From NCBI GenBank assembly GCA_047967505.1, contig CM106538.1: a DNA stretch of 64,000 nucleotides; one strand, 5' to 3'. Both the position numbers and the translations under genes were made by a program. Of this stretch, positions 1-10,800 are shown piece by piece (the stretch's first letter is position 1; each line of letters begins with the position of its first letter). Under the pieces are notes generated by a model. It saw only the letters and a program-made list of their open reading frames with translations. It did no database searches and had not been told where the DNA came from. Origin of the DNA: Dipteris shenzhenensis. Lineage: Eukaryota.

Positions 1-518
1 GGGGAGCTGTAGGGCTGTACCAGCCCCTCTTATAGGGCTGTGGGAAGCCCTAGAGGTGGGTCGGCCCACCTGCCTGGTCGGCCCAGTTACAGCAGTGGGG
101 TCGGGACTCGGCCCGTCATGAGCTGCTGGTCGGTGCCCCCATATGCTGGCCGACTAGGGGGGGGGGCTGGGCTATATATATGTCTCCCCTCTCTCCTCAT
201 TTCTTATCTTGTGGAGCAGCAGATTAGCTCATTCCAGGGCCTGGCAGAGGAGCAGAGCCAGCCCAGTCTTGCACCTGTGGAGCAGTTCATCCACTCCCTT
301 GTGCTCCCTTCCACTTGGTTGTTGAGCTGTGTGTTTTGAGCTCTCGAGCAGCCTGCTGTTTCCATGGTTTTCCCCCAGATGTAGCGGGGTTTTCTCCAGA
401 GATCACTTGCAGTTCTCTTGTGACTTCCTCTCTCCTTTCCCTCCTTCTCAGTGTGTGTGTGTGAGGCGTGCTATCTCTCTCTATCTCTCTTCTGTTCATT
501 TCCGCTGCACTTCTCACA
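1..518 (+). repeat. LTR of Copia-associated family X (5' part outside window)
   Basis: Ends ...TTCTCACA directly before TGGTATCAGAG; TATA-like GGCTATATATA at ~170; homologous to 2479-2805 and to 36180-36670 (shared GATCACTTGCAGTTCTCT; the TTCTCACA end is shared with 36670). Confidence 0.8.
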
Positions 519-529
519 TGGTATCAGAG
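519..529 (+). promoter_or_regulatory. Primer-binding site (tRNA-iMet)
   Basis: TGGTATCAGAG immediately after the LTR-terminal CA. Confidence 0.85.
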
Positions 530-848
530 GCACGGTTGGCTTGAGACCCGATGGACGGAGGGAGTGTTGAGCCAACACACAGAGAGGAGGATTAGGGTGC
601 TGTTTGGAGGTGTCTTTGAGGAGGAGCATATTTGAGGAGTGGACTGTTCGGGTGACCAGCAAAGAGGTTACTTTGAAGGGTGTTTTCAGATCAGAGAGGA
701 GGTGTTTCCAAGGGACGGAAAGCGAGGTGTGAAGGTATATTGGGCTGTCAGCCCCTTCATCCTCTTCTTCCGCCTTCTCCTTTCTTCAACCCTCAGATCC
801 CTTCCGTCCCATCGACCTATTTCAGTTCATCGTCCTCTTCACTCCGAC

Positions 849-1640
849 ATGGCGACTTTGTCCGAGATAGCAGAGAACAAGACTACAATTCCAGTGTTAC
901 CCACGTTCCCAGTTGACCGGCAGTTGGATGGGCTCAATCACGGCATTTGGCGGGTGATGATGGAATCTGTGTTACAGTCATACGACATGGTAGATTTCGT
1001 CTTGATAGGTGTTGCCGACCAGATTCCTTGGCAGAGGACCTTGGCATCTTGGCTCGGAAGGAGGCCGAGTCTCTATCCTAGTTGTGGGACCGTGTTAATG
1101 CCATGGTAAGATCATTCATCTTTCTTAATTGTACTCCTTAGGTGATTAATCATGTGAAGCACATGACAGTGGCCAAAAGTATATGGGAGCATTTGGCGTC
1201 CACGTATAACCGAACCTCTCCCATGAAGTGGGTTTCATTGGAGGTCTAGATGAGGTTGTTGGATCCCAAGAAATCTTCATCGATGCGGGAACACATCAAC
1301 AAGTTAGAGGAACTTCAGTAGGAGATCCTCCATGATTTCATCAGTGGACATGTCATAACTTTCTTGTCCCAGTTATCCTCTCAGTACGGGGCTATCTATT
1401 CATGCCTGATCACCAGTGGTAGGGTGAATGAGTTGACGTGGGAGGAATTGGTCCCCATGGTGCTTGACCAGGAGGAGCGCTTCGTCGATCGTACCAATGA
1501 CAGTCAGCAGCCTGAGGCTTTGACAGCTGATCAAAAAGGAAGAAAGCAGTTGACAGCTGGGGAATGAGAAGCTCTCAAGGCATCCCGTACATGTAACCGA
1601 TGTGGTCAGAAAGGTCATTATTGGCATTAGTGTCCCCAAA
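849..1640 (+). pseudogene. Degenerate Ty1/Copia gag
   Basis: MATLSE...QLDGLNHGIWRVMMESVLQSYDMVDFV resembles the Copia gag N-terminus; LTWEELVPMVLDQEER and a broken zinc knuckle CNRCGQKGHYWH*C at ~1590-1635; several stops and frameshifts; no pol recognisable downstream. Confidence 0.7.
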
Positions 1641-2478
1641 GGAACGTAGAGGGGTCCAATAACCAGGTAGCCAATGTGATTGCTACGACCGCGATTACTC
1701 CAGCCTTTTAGTAGCACTTGGCAGGAGCTGCCAGCAGGCTTTCTGGATTCAGATGGAGGATTGCTTGCTTGTTTGTGGCAGCTGGACCTGCCGATCAGGT
1801 GTATCGAGTAGGGAGTCATATATCGACGTTAAGGCTTTCAGGCGGACCTCAAGCCATGAAGAGTTGTTCCCGCTGATTCAGGTGGTAGTATGTTACCAGA
1901 TTATATTTTGTTTAGACGTTATGACCTAGTAGATCCAGAGGGGGTCTCCTAGTGTTTTGCTGCAGCTATTGTCTGATGCTGCTGGAGATCCGGATGGGTC
2001 AGTAGATTGCCAGTGTGGGAACCTATGCACAGTTGATTGATCCTTGTGAGCTGTTATATGCCCGTTGCCATTGGAGCATTGAAGTTCATTGATCTGGTGG
2101 TAGTATACTAGTTTGGACTTGAGAGGGGGCTATCTAGCTCTACGATACAGTTGCCCATGCAGGGAAGCAGACCTTGCACCGGAGGCAATATCAGTTGGAT
2201 TATTGTTCCAGGATCCTCTGTTGGAGTCATGTACCAGTACCAGTAGTTGGATTGTTGTACGAGTTGACCCAGTATCTCAGTACCAAACCAAAGGAGTGTA
2301 CCTAGCACCTGTGGCTTGGGAGCAACCATTCCAGGTTTCCAGAATACAGTGATCGTGTTGAGGCGGTTCGAGCCACTAGGGGACTTCTTCGACAGTACGT
2401 GAGGCGGTCTTCAGTGGTGGACCATCACACAATGGATTCCTTCCAATTGTTCTAGTGGCACACCCAACTCTCTGGCAT

Positions 2479-2805
2479 GGGGCTGGGCTATATATGTACC
2501 TCCCCTCTCCCCTCATTTCTCATCTTGTGGAGCAGCAGATAGCTCATTCTAGGGCCTGACAGAGGAGCAGAGCCAGCCCAGTCTTGCACCTGTGGAGCAG
2601 GGTAGTGGAGCAGTTCATCCACTCCCTTGTGCTCCCTTCCACTTGGTTGTTGAGCTGTATGTTCTGAGCTCTTGAGCAGCCTGTTGTTTCCGTGGTTTTC
2701 CTACAGATGTAGCGGGATTCTCTCCAGAGATCACTTGCAGTTCTCTTGTGCCTTCCTCTCTCCTTTCCCTCCTTCTCAGTGTGTGTGTGTGTCTCTCTCT
2801 CTCTT
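2479..2805 (+). repeat. Partial LTR, family X
   Basis: Close copy of ~165-460 (GGGCTGGGCTATATAT...GATCACTTGCAGTTCTCTTGTG...(GT)n), cut at a (CT)n tract. Confidence 0.8.
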
Positions 2806-3156
2806 GACAAGTCCATATAGTCAGACAATCCAATTAACTGAAAGGTACGAAAGTGTGGATAGCCGAAGAGCTCACTCGAATATAATTGAGTTAAAAGGCA
2901 ACTGAGTAAGAAAGGGTAAAGGCAGTCCGATCTGGATGGCATATGGGCAATTCAATGTGAGGGCAAGGCCCTCATCAAAGGGTTCAAATAAAGGCCCTCA
3001 GTATATAACTAATGTAGCTCAGTATTTTCTTTTCTGTTTTTCAAGTCATGGGTGTGGATGTCTGCCCCAGCGGCTTCACCCTTAGCCTTCTCATATCCGG
3101 TTTCTTGAGTCTCATAGACCTTTCGGTCTTGTGCAGACTTTAGTATATTCTCTCTT
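2806..3156 (+). mobile_element. ORF1-only non-LTR-like element, copy 1 (5'-truncated)
   Basis: Decayed LKGTKVWIAEELTR...CEGKALIKGFK homologous to 10610-10778 and 44410-44589; 3' stem-loop at 3108-3139 and a CT-rich tail. Confidence 0.65.
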
Positions 3157-3873
3157 GGGTCCGCCCCTCAGCTTACTTCAGCCTCCTGCTCGTTGCTGTT
3201 AGGCCCGCCCCTCAGCTTACTTCAGCTCAGTTCATCTTTACCTCGTGCCAGTCCACAGGTCCCTGAGTGTCACCTCACTCAGGGTCTGTCCAACCTCAGC
3301 TCGCAGCAGCAGGTTGGACGGACCCACTCTGGGTTGGGCTGAAACCCCTAGCCCATCCCGGGGGTTAGTCTCAGCTGGGGTTTCTTCAGATATTGCCAAC
3401 ATAGAGTGGCCTAGCCTCTCTTCGAAGTCCCCCTCGAAATCTCCCTATACCCCAGCGACTCTAGCCAACAAGGCTCCATACAATACAGTTGCAGCTAGGA
3501 CACCGTCTCCATATGCACATATATTCTATCGTGGAGTCCTGAAGACACTTGTTGGTGGTCAACATGAACAGATTTTTCCCTAGAGTAAGAGGTGAGAGCT
3601 GAAGATGCTATTGGCAGCTGTGACACTTAAACTTCAATTTGTTGAAGGACTTGGCAAGCATGCAACAATAGATGAGGTAATGAAAGCTTACAAAGCTTCT
3701 CCCCCTGCTCCTCAGCTAGTCTACAGTTAAAGATCTCGTTCACACGGAGGTACAAACAATTAATAAAGAAGTTACTATAGAGGTGAATACAAAGGCAAAC
3801 AAAACCGATATCCAAGAAGAGATCAAGGAATACGAAGCGAAATGTGACAATGCACTGCAGATTAGAGTAGGAC
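3157..3873 (+). mobile_element. ORF1-only element, copy 2, 5' half (split by Gypsy insertion)
   Basis: 5' hairpin shared with 43721-43757; peptide DIQEEIKEYEAKCDNALQIRVG matches DIQTKIQEHQLWKENAMKIRIGG of copy 3; continues after 10410. Confidence 0.7.
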
Positions 3874-4335
3874 TGTTACGCTCTAGCCGAGGTAGCATGA
3901 CCTCGGAAGAATCAGTCGACATTTCCCTTATAGGATCTATCTTTGTAATATATGTGTTTGCGCTTTATGTAAATGATCGGGAGGGATTAATGTCAAGGTC
4001 CTAGGTGAGGGCTGATAGCACCAGACTAGATAGGTCTGAGACCAAGGGCCTAGTGCAAAGAATGTGCCTAGGGGCAAGGAATTAAATGCATCCCAAGTGA
4101 GGGGTGAAATGTTGCATTAGAAAGGCCCTATATGGATGACATGTGGCATCTAGATCTATCTAGGGAATTGGGGTCTGTCAAGGCTAGTAAGAGAAGTGAA
4201 GAATTGGATGATTTACGTGATTTTGATACAGCTCTCTCTCCCAAGCTGGGAAGCTTTGACAGAATTGGCTGGGTGGTTATGAAAGGTGCTACTCTCGTGA
4301 TCTGTACAGAAGAGAAAGGCAGAAATTTGGTTACA
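3874..4335 (+). repeat. 5' LTR
   Basis: TGTTACG...TGGTTACA, direct repeat of 9944-10405. Confidence 0.97.
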
Positions 4336-4337
4336 TT

Positions 4338-4349
4338 TGGTATCAGAGC
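4338..4349 (+). promoter_or_regulatory. PBS (tRNA-iMet)
   Basis: TGGTATCAGAGC 2 nt after the 5' LTR. Confidence 0.95.
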
Positions 4350-5227
4350 GTAAGGAACAGGAAGAGGTTCGTGAGCTTGACGGAAGCTACTGACGAACAG
4401 CAGTATTCTGGAGCGTAGGAACGTAGGGGGTCTATGAATTGGCGATCTCGCAACGGCCATTCGCGAACGGGGAGACCTTCGATGAAGGTGGTCTGTGACT
4501 AACGCCAGCAACGGAGAGTCGACGGACAGCAAGATGTTGGTCAACGAAGAAACCCGACGGGCTCAAGGGAGAGTCGAGGTCTGTGACTGACGTCCGACGG
4601 AGACACAGACAGGGAGACACAGACAACGATGAAGATGGCGAGGTGACTGGTCGTGATGAAGGATTGCAGGCACACGACCTGTGAGTGAGTGGCGTGCACG
4701 ATCTATGACGATTTAGGTGGGGCGCTGCTTAATGTGAGGCGTTGCGCGGTGGTTTGGAAGAAGGAGCGATTTCATAATCAACGAAGGAATAATCTGCGCC
4801 AGGAGGGACTTGAAGAGGGAATTGTCGCTCGAATTGCAGAAGACCTTGTCTTCTACGCAGATGGTTTTCCATCCTTACCTCTGGACCTCGCACTTCTAGT
4901 GACCAAGCGAAGGCTCAGTCGGAGTTCTCGACCTTTCCTCCACGAGCTCTTTATCCTTTGACGGTGTTTGACTTTTGTTGGAGGAGATCGTAACCGCCAG
5001 AGTCAGGAGCGCACGAATTCGGACTGCGTGGAGATTCCAGGGAGCAGTCCTTCTTTTTTGTTAAAAAAATTAAAATCTGAGTTTTCAGTCGAAGTTGTCT
5101 GTACAGCAGAGGCTGTCGTCTATTCATTTCTGTGTATAGGAAAAGGGGGAAATCCATTCCACAAAAAAAAAAAAGAAAAAAAGAAAAAAAGAAAAAAAGA
5201 AAAAAAAAAAAAACTCCCTTTCAACAA

Positions 5228-8200
5228 ATGGAAGCAGAAGGACAGACTTCAAGAATAAATCCTAGCGAGTCTAGAGTTCAGTCAACACAACAGATGTCAC
5301 ATCAGGCAGCACCTACATTGGTTGGTAGGATTTCAATATTAGAGGATGCTTTACAGCAGATTATGAACCAGCAGCTTCAGGTGAATGCTGGTCAAAATGA
5401 GATTAGGGAGATGGTGCAAGCCTTGTCGGCTAGACCGTCTAGGATTGACAAGGGCAAAGCTCCAGCAGAGCCAGAGCCCAGTGTACATTCCTTAGAGCGC
5501 GCAAGGGTCAAAGTGCCTAATATCGCTAATTATAGACCAGAGAAGTACGCTGGTCGGATGACCGAGCGCAGCTCTGATGTGATCGAGGTTTGGTTGCACA
5601 AGTGGGAAGAAGCCTTCGCCATTTGTGAGATTAAATCCGATCTAAAGAAAATCCGCGAGGCCACACACCTGTTTATTGAGGCAGCGGATAGATGGTGGAT
5701 AAAGCAACAGAAGGATCAAGTTGCTCCGACCACTTGGGAAGGGTTCAAAGCTGAATTCAAGAAACACTTTCTCCCACCTGATGAAGAATCCCGAGCTTGG
5801 GATGCTTATAGAAATCTTCGTCAGAGGAGCTTGTCAGTGGCAGAGTACACTGACAAATTTAGGGAATGTGTTATGAAAATAACAGACCCTCTCCCTATGT
5901 CGGTTCAGTTAAAAGATTATATCTATGGACTGAACGACAAGATCAAGATGGAAGTTCGGGCTAAATATGTGACTACACTAGATGAATCTATAGCAGTAGC
6001 CCTGAACTATGAGGATGCCAGAGGCAGGTCTGGTGGATTTGTGCAGGCAGGGACTCAGTATGAGCACCCGAGGAAAGGGGGATTTCAGAGGAAATGGGTT
6101 TCAAAGACAAGTGTCTCGCAGCCAAGTGGCCAAACCAAGCAGGTGAAGCCGGTTGAGGGACCAACAAAAACAAGTACCACCGTTGGGGTGAAAAGGAAAA
6201 TAACTCCAATGGCAGCCCGGGCTTGGTCAAAGTCCTCATTGACCCCTGAACAAAAAGAGAAAGCTAGGAAAGAAGGATTGTGCTTCGGCTGCCTTCAGCG
6301 ACATCAGTGGAAGGATTGTCCACTGAACAAAGATCGTCGCACGGCTAGTATGATAATATCTGAATGCGACGTGGAAATGCAGGAGAGTCCCAGTGCGGAA
6401 CATATGCAGATGCAACTGGCGGGACCTTCTCAGAGGTTAGTACCTTGTTTGTTATGTGTATCTGTTGCTAAGTTAGTGACGAGTGCACCTGATAACATCC
6501 TATCTAAGCCCGCAGCAACGGGGTATACAGCCTTCAATGATACGGAGTTAATTAAAATGAAAGGGCAAGTAGCCAGTCATGATGTCATTGTGTTGTTTGA
6601 CTCAGCGTCAACTCACAATGTGATTAACTCCAAGCTCGTGAAGAGGCTGAAATTAAAGACAAGTCCATCTGACTATGCGTATACAGTCAGGATGGCAGAC
6701 GGAAGTTCAACTGAAGTATGGGACCAGAGGGTTACCCAGTTGGAGCTTCGGATTCAGGACTATACTGAGAAGCTTGATTTTGAAATGACCAAGCTTGCTC
6801 ATGCGGATATAGCCCTGGGAATGGCATGGCATTCTAGTAAGAATCCAGCCATTGATTGGAAAAAGCACGTATATCAATTCAAGATGAATGATGTGCTTTA
6901 TGTCTTGCGAGGTGAAAAAGATATACCTCAAGGACCGTTGGTTTCCGTGATGGAAATCAGAAAGGCTCAAGTAGAGTTTTTGTACCTTTGCACCGCATCG
7001 GTAGAGCCGGTGGATGAGTCTTCGGCTAGCACTGATGTTACGCAAAGTGGTGAGATGGCCAAGCTGGCTAATCTTATAACAGAGGAGTTCTCTGAATGCT
7101 TTAGGGATGAACTACCTTATGGGTTACCTCCAGAGCGGAAAGTTCAACATAAGATTGAACTAATCCCGGGGGCAGAACCTGTAAATAGACCTCCCTATAG
7201 AATGAGTTTTACGGAAGAAGCGGAGGTGCGTAGACAACTAGAAGAATACCTCAAGCTGGGGCAGATTCAACCAAGTTTCTCACCTTTTGCTTCGCCAGTG
7301 ATATTAAAGAGGAAAAAGGATGATACGTTTCGCCTCTGTATAGATTACAGAGCATTAAATAATATCACTGTTAAGCACAGGTATCCGATGGCTCGGATTG
7401 ATGATTTGCTAGATGCATTACATGGAGCCGTGATTTTCAGCAAGATAGATCTTAAGTGCGGCTATCATCAGATCCGGATTAGAGCCGAGGATGTGCATAA
7501 AACCGCTTTTAGAAGCAGGTTTGGTCATTATGAGTTTTTGGTGATGCCCTTCGGACTTACCAATGCTCCAGCGACCTTCGTCATGCTTATGAACGATTTA
7601 CTACGTCCGTATATCGGAAAGTTCGTAGTACATTTTATTGACGACATTTTGATATTCAGTAAAAGTCTTACTGAACATCGTGAACACTTAAGGATAGTGT
7701 TCAGTACTTTGAGGAAAGCCAGTCTTTATGTGAATAAAAAGAAAACTATACTGTGTATGGTTAGGCTTGAGTATCTAGGGTTCATAATTACTCCACAGGG
7801 GGTAGAAATGGATCCGAAGAAAGTGGCTGCGATACTAACTTGGCCAATCCCTCAGAGTCTGACCGCGTTGCGATCATTCTTGGGATTTGTCCAGTTTTAT
7901 AGAAGGCATATCAAAGGATATTCCGGAATAGTATCGCCATTGACTGATCTGACCTCAGATAAAGTACCTTTTATTTGGGGACAGAATCAACAAGAAAGTT
8001 TTAACACCATAAAACAAGTTGTGGTCTCAGGACCGGTGTTAAAAATAGTTGATCCCCAGAAACCGTTGTTCCTAGAAACCGATGCAAGTGGCATTGCGGT
8101 AGGAGCAGTTCTCCTTCAAGAGGGAAGGCCAGTAGCCTTTGAAAGCAAGAAGCTTTCTCCCTCTCAAAGGAATTGGCCAACTCATGAATTGGAGTTGTAT

Positions 8201-9931
8201 GCTGTTATCCATGCTTTAAAAACATGGAGGCATTATCTGTATGGTTCAGAGTTTTATGTGGATGTGGATCATGATACTCTGAAACATTTCTGTAAACAGC
8301 CTGACTTGAGAGGCCGCCAAGCTAGGTGGGCAGAGCTCATGCAGGAGTTTAATTTAACGATTCGGTACCGAAGAGGAAAAGACAATAAGGTAGCTGATGC
8401 GTTGTCTCGCATTATGCACAACCTGAGTTTTACGGTATTAGAGAGTGCTCTAATGACCGAGATTAGAGAAACTCAGAAGGTGGACGAGTTTGTCCAGAGC
8501 TTATGGCCTAAGGCTCATGTGTTAAAACCCGGGGAAAGTGGAAAGGATGACCTGGCATCCAGAAAAGGCCAAACTTATGCAAGATATACCATAAGGGATG
8601 GTATGCTAGTTAGAAATGGCAAGGTTGTAGTACCTGGTCAGAATGATCTCAGGCAGAGAGTCATTCGACAATGCCATGATAGCCCGTGTGCGGGACATCC
8701 AGGAGTCGAGAAGACCTATGATCTCGTGAAGCGAGATTTTTTTTGGCCAAAGATGAAAAAGCATATTCATGAATATGTGACACGGTGTTTCTCGTGTCAG
8801 GTAAGTAAGGCCGAGCGGGTGAAGCCACCCGGACTTTTACAACCCTTGGAAATACCACTAAGTAAGTGGGAGAGCATTTCCATGGATTTTATTGTAGGAC
8901 TACCTGCAACGCAAGGAGGGTATAATTCTATCCTTGTGGTGGTTGATCGTCTAACCAAGATGGCTCACTTCATTCCGACTAGAGAGTCTGTTAGTGCCCC
9001 GCAAGTGGCGGATTTGTTTATTAGACATATATTTCGTCTGCATGGATTGCCTAGATCCATAGTGTCAGACAGAGATGTCAGGTTTACCGGTCACTTTTGG
9101 ACAGCGGTATTCGAGACACTAAGGACTGAGTTGGGAATGAGTAGTGGGGATCATCTTGAGACGGATGGTCAGACGGAGAGAGTCAACCAGACTTTAGAGG
9201 ATATGCTGAGAGCATATGTGTCATTGAGGCAACATACATGGGACAAGTGGTTGCCATTGTTGGAGTTTGCCTACAATGATAGGAAGCATTCATCTACTGG
9301 GTTCAGTCCGTTTGAGCTGAACTATGGTTATAGACCAGCCAATCCGACTATAGTTGGAGTACCTCAGAAAGTGCCTAGTGCCGCGAACTTTGTAGTTCAG
9401 ATGCGGGAGATGCTAGCACTTGCGAGAGCTAACATCCGCCAGGCTATGGATAGAGCCAAGGTGTATGCGGATGAAAATCGGTCTATAAGAGTATTTGAAG
9501 AAGGAGAAAAAGTTTTTCTCAGAATTCCTTCGCACTCGAAGTCGTTGACTTCAGGAGAGTGTGCTAAGTTATCACCTCGATACTGTGGGCCGTGGTTAAT
9601 TCTAAAGAGAATAGGCAGTGTAGCCTATAAATTAGAATTGCCACAGGGGTGTAAGGTGCACCCGGTTTTTCATGTTTCACGTTTAAAGAAATTTTTACAT
9701 ACTGGTGACTCACTAATCGAAGGTGTGGTTTTGTTTCAGGAGATAGAGGATATTGCAAGGCGCAAACCAACAAGAATCCTGGACCGAGGAACAATGCAAA
9801 TACGAAATCGGAAGATACCCACAGTGTTGGTTGCATGGCATGGTCAGCCTCTATCGGAAGCTACCTGGGAATCCGTATATCAGTTGCGGAGAGTGTTCCC
9901 AGACTTTATCATCGAGGACGCTGATGTCTGA
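5228..9931 (+). CDS. Gypsy Gag-Pol polyprotein (gag, CCHC, protease, RT, RNase H, integrase, chromodomain)
   Basis: CFGCLQRHQWKDC, VLFDSAS, RLCIDYRALN, MPFGLTNAPATF, FIDDILIFS, ETDAS, H-H-C-C zinc finger, SIVSDRD, and C-terminal VLVAWHGQPLSEATWE. ATG at 5228 (MEAEG) matches the start MEVEE of the related copy at 62302. Confidence 0.96.
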   Translation: MEAEGQTSRINPSESRVQSTQQMSHQAAPTLVGRISILEDALQQIMNQQLQVNAGQNEIREMVQALSARPSRIDKGKAPAEPEPSVHSLERARVKVPNIANYRPEKYAGRMTERSSDVIEVWLHKWEEAFAICEIKSDLKKIREATHLFIEAADRWWIKQQKDQVAPTTWEGFKAEFKKHFLPPDEESRAWDAYRNLRQRSLSVAEYTDKFRECVMKITDPLPMSVQLKDYIYGLNDKIKMEVRAKYVTTLDESIAVALNYEDARGRSGGFVQAGTQYEHPRKGGFQRKWVSKTSVSQPSGQTKQVKPVEGPTKTSTTVGVKRKITPMAARAWSKSSLTPEQKEKARKEGLCFGCLQRHQWKDCPLNKDRRTASMIISECDVEMQESPSAEHMQMQLAGPSQRLVPCLLCVSVAKLVTSAPDNILSKPAATGYTAFNDTELIKMKGQVASHDVIVLFDSASTHNVINSKLVKRLKLKTSPSDYAYTVRMADGSSTEVWDQRVTQLELRIQDYTEKLDFEMTKLAHADIALGMAWHSSKNPAIDWKKHVYQFKMNDVLYVLRGEKDIPQGPLVSVMEIRKAQVEFLYLCTASVEPVDESSASTDVTQSGEMAKLANLITEEFSECFRDELPYGLPPERKVQHKIELIPGAEPVNRPPYRMSFTEEAEVRRQLEEYLKLGQIQPSFSPFASPVILKRKKDDTFRLCIDYRALNNITVKHRYPMARIDDLLDALHGAVIFSKIDLKCGYHQIRIRAEDVHKTAFRSRFGHYEFLVMPFGLTNAPATFVMLMNDLLRPYIGKFVVHFIDDILIFSKSLTEHREHLRIVFSTLRKASLYVNKKKTILCMVRLEYLGFIITPQGVEMDPKKVAAILTWPIPQSLTALRSFLGFVQFYRRHIKGYSGIVSPLTDLTSDKVPFIWGQNQQESFNTIKQVVVSGPVLKIVDPQKPLFLETDASGIAVGAVLLQEGRPVAFESKKLSPSQRNWPTHELELYAVIHALKTWRHYLYGSEFYVDVDHDTLKHFCKQPDLRGRQARWAELMQEFNLTIRYRRGKDNKVADALSRIMHNLSFTVLESALMTEIRETQKVDEFVQSLWPKAHVLKPGESGKDDLASRKGQTYARYTIRDGMLVRNGKVVVPGQNDLRQRVIRQCHDSPCAGHPGVEKTYDLVKRDFFWPKMKKHIHEYVTRCFSCQVSKAERVKPPGLLQPLEIPLSKWESISMDFIVGLPATQGGYNSILVVVDRLTKMAHFIPTRESVSAPQVADLFIRHIFRLHGLPRSIVSDRDVRFTGHFWTAVFETLRTELGMSSGDHLETDGQTERVNQTLEDMLRAYVSLRQHTWDKWLPLLEFAYNDRKHSSTGFSPFELNYGYRPANPTIVGVPQKVPSAANFVVQMREMLALARANIRQAMDRAKVYADENRSIRVFEEGEKVFLRIPSHSKSLTSGECAKLSPRYCGPWLILKRIGSVAYKLELPQGCKVHPVFHVSRLKKFLHTGDSLIEGVVLFQEIEDIARRKPTRILDRGTMQIRNRKIPTVLVAWHGQPLSEATWESVYQLRRVFPDFIIEDADV

Positions 9932-9943
9932 AGAGGGAAGGAA
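9930..9943 (+). promoter_or_regulatory. Polypurine tract
   Basis: GAAGAGGGAAGGAA abutting the 3' LTR. Confidence 0.9.
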
Positions 9944-10405
9944 TGTTACGCTCTAGCCGAGGTAGCATGACCTCGGAAGAATCAGTCGACATTTCCCTTA
10001 TAGGATCTATCTTTGTAATATATGTGTTTGCGCTTTATGTAAATGATCGGGAGGGATTAATGTCAAGGTCCTAGGTGAGGGCTGATAGCACCAGACTAGA
10101 TAGGTCTGAGACCAAGGGCCTAGTGCAAAGAATGTGCCTAGGGGCAAGGAATTAAATGCATCCCAAGTGAGGGGTGAAATGTTGCATTAGAAAGGCCCTA
10201 TATGGATGACATGTGGCATCTAGATCTATCTAGGGAATTGGGGTCTGTCAAGGCTAGTAAGAGAAGTGAAGAATTGGATGATTTACGTGATTTTGATACA
10301 GCTCTCTCTCCCAAGCTGGGAAGCTTTGACAGAATTGGCTGGGTGGTTATGAAAGGTGCTACTCCCGTGATCTGTACAGAAGAGAAAGGCAGAAATTTGG
10401 TTACA
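9944..10405 (+). repeat. 3' LTR
   Basis: Repeat of 3874-4335 (ACTCCCGTGA vs ACTCTCGTGA). Confidence 0.97.
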
Positions 10406-10800
10406 AGGACTCCGCTGGTACAAAGAGAACTCCTTCAGTGAAGCTTTAGCACATGTCAAAGCAGCCATGCCTAGCATTGAATGGAAGGTTGATGATGAGG
10501 ATTATGACGGTGATGATGGAGCAACTAATTCTGACGCTCCAGAGGGCATGCTATCATTACGCTCAAATCACAAGATTCTATGGATCAAGCTTTTTTGCCA
10601 GTCATACAAGCTGAAAGGGACGGAGGTATGGATAGCTGAGGAGCTCACGCGAGCAAAGAATAAAGCAACAGAGTTAGCTAAGGCTGCTAGAAAGGATGGA
10701 AAGTGGGCAGTATACTGTGAAGGCTTAGCAATTATCAAAGAATTTAAATCAAAACCAAAGGACTCAGTCTTAAACTAATGTATGGCTGATTATGTTTTTC
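10406..10800 (+). mobile_element. ORF1-only element, copy 2, 3' half
   Basis: GLRWYKENSFSEALAHVKAAMPSIEW...QSYKLKGTEVWIAEELTR...GKWAVYCEGLAIIKEFKSKPK, colinear with 44190-44589; the 3' stem-loop and tail are not present. Confidence 0.75.

Larger units (their letters stand above)
3874..10405 (+). mobile_element. Intact Ty3/Gypsy chromovirus-type LTR retrotransposon
   Basis: Two 462-bp TG...CA LTRs with one visible substitution, 5-bp TSD AGGAC (3869-3873 / 10406-10410), PBS, PPT and an uninterrupted gag-pol ORF. Confidence 0.98.

Noticed and set aside
3050-3150. snRNA or hammerhead ribozyme
   Set aside because: No U-snRNA sequence or CUGANGA/GAAA core in a valid fold; better explained as the 3' end of the ORF1-only element.
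5132-5227. Lys-rich N-terminal extension of the 1599-aa ORF
   Set aside because: It is a translation of an A-rich microsatellite from a non-ATG start; the homologous copy starts at the equivalent of ATG 5228.
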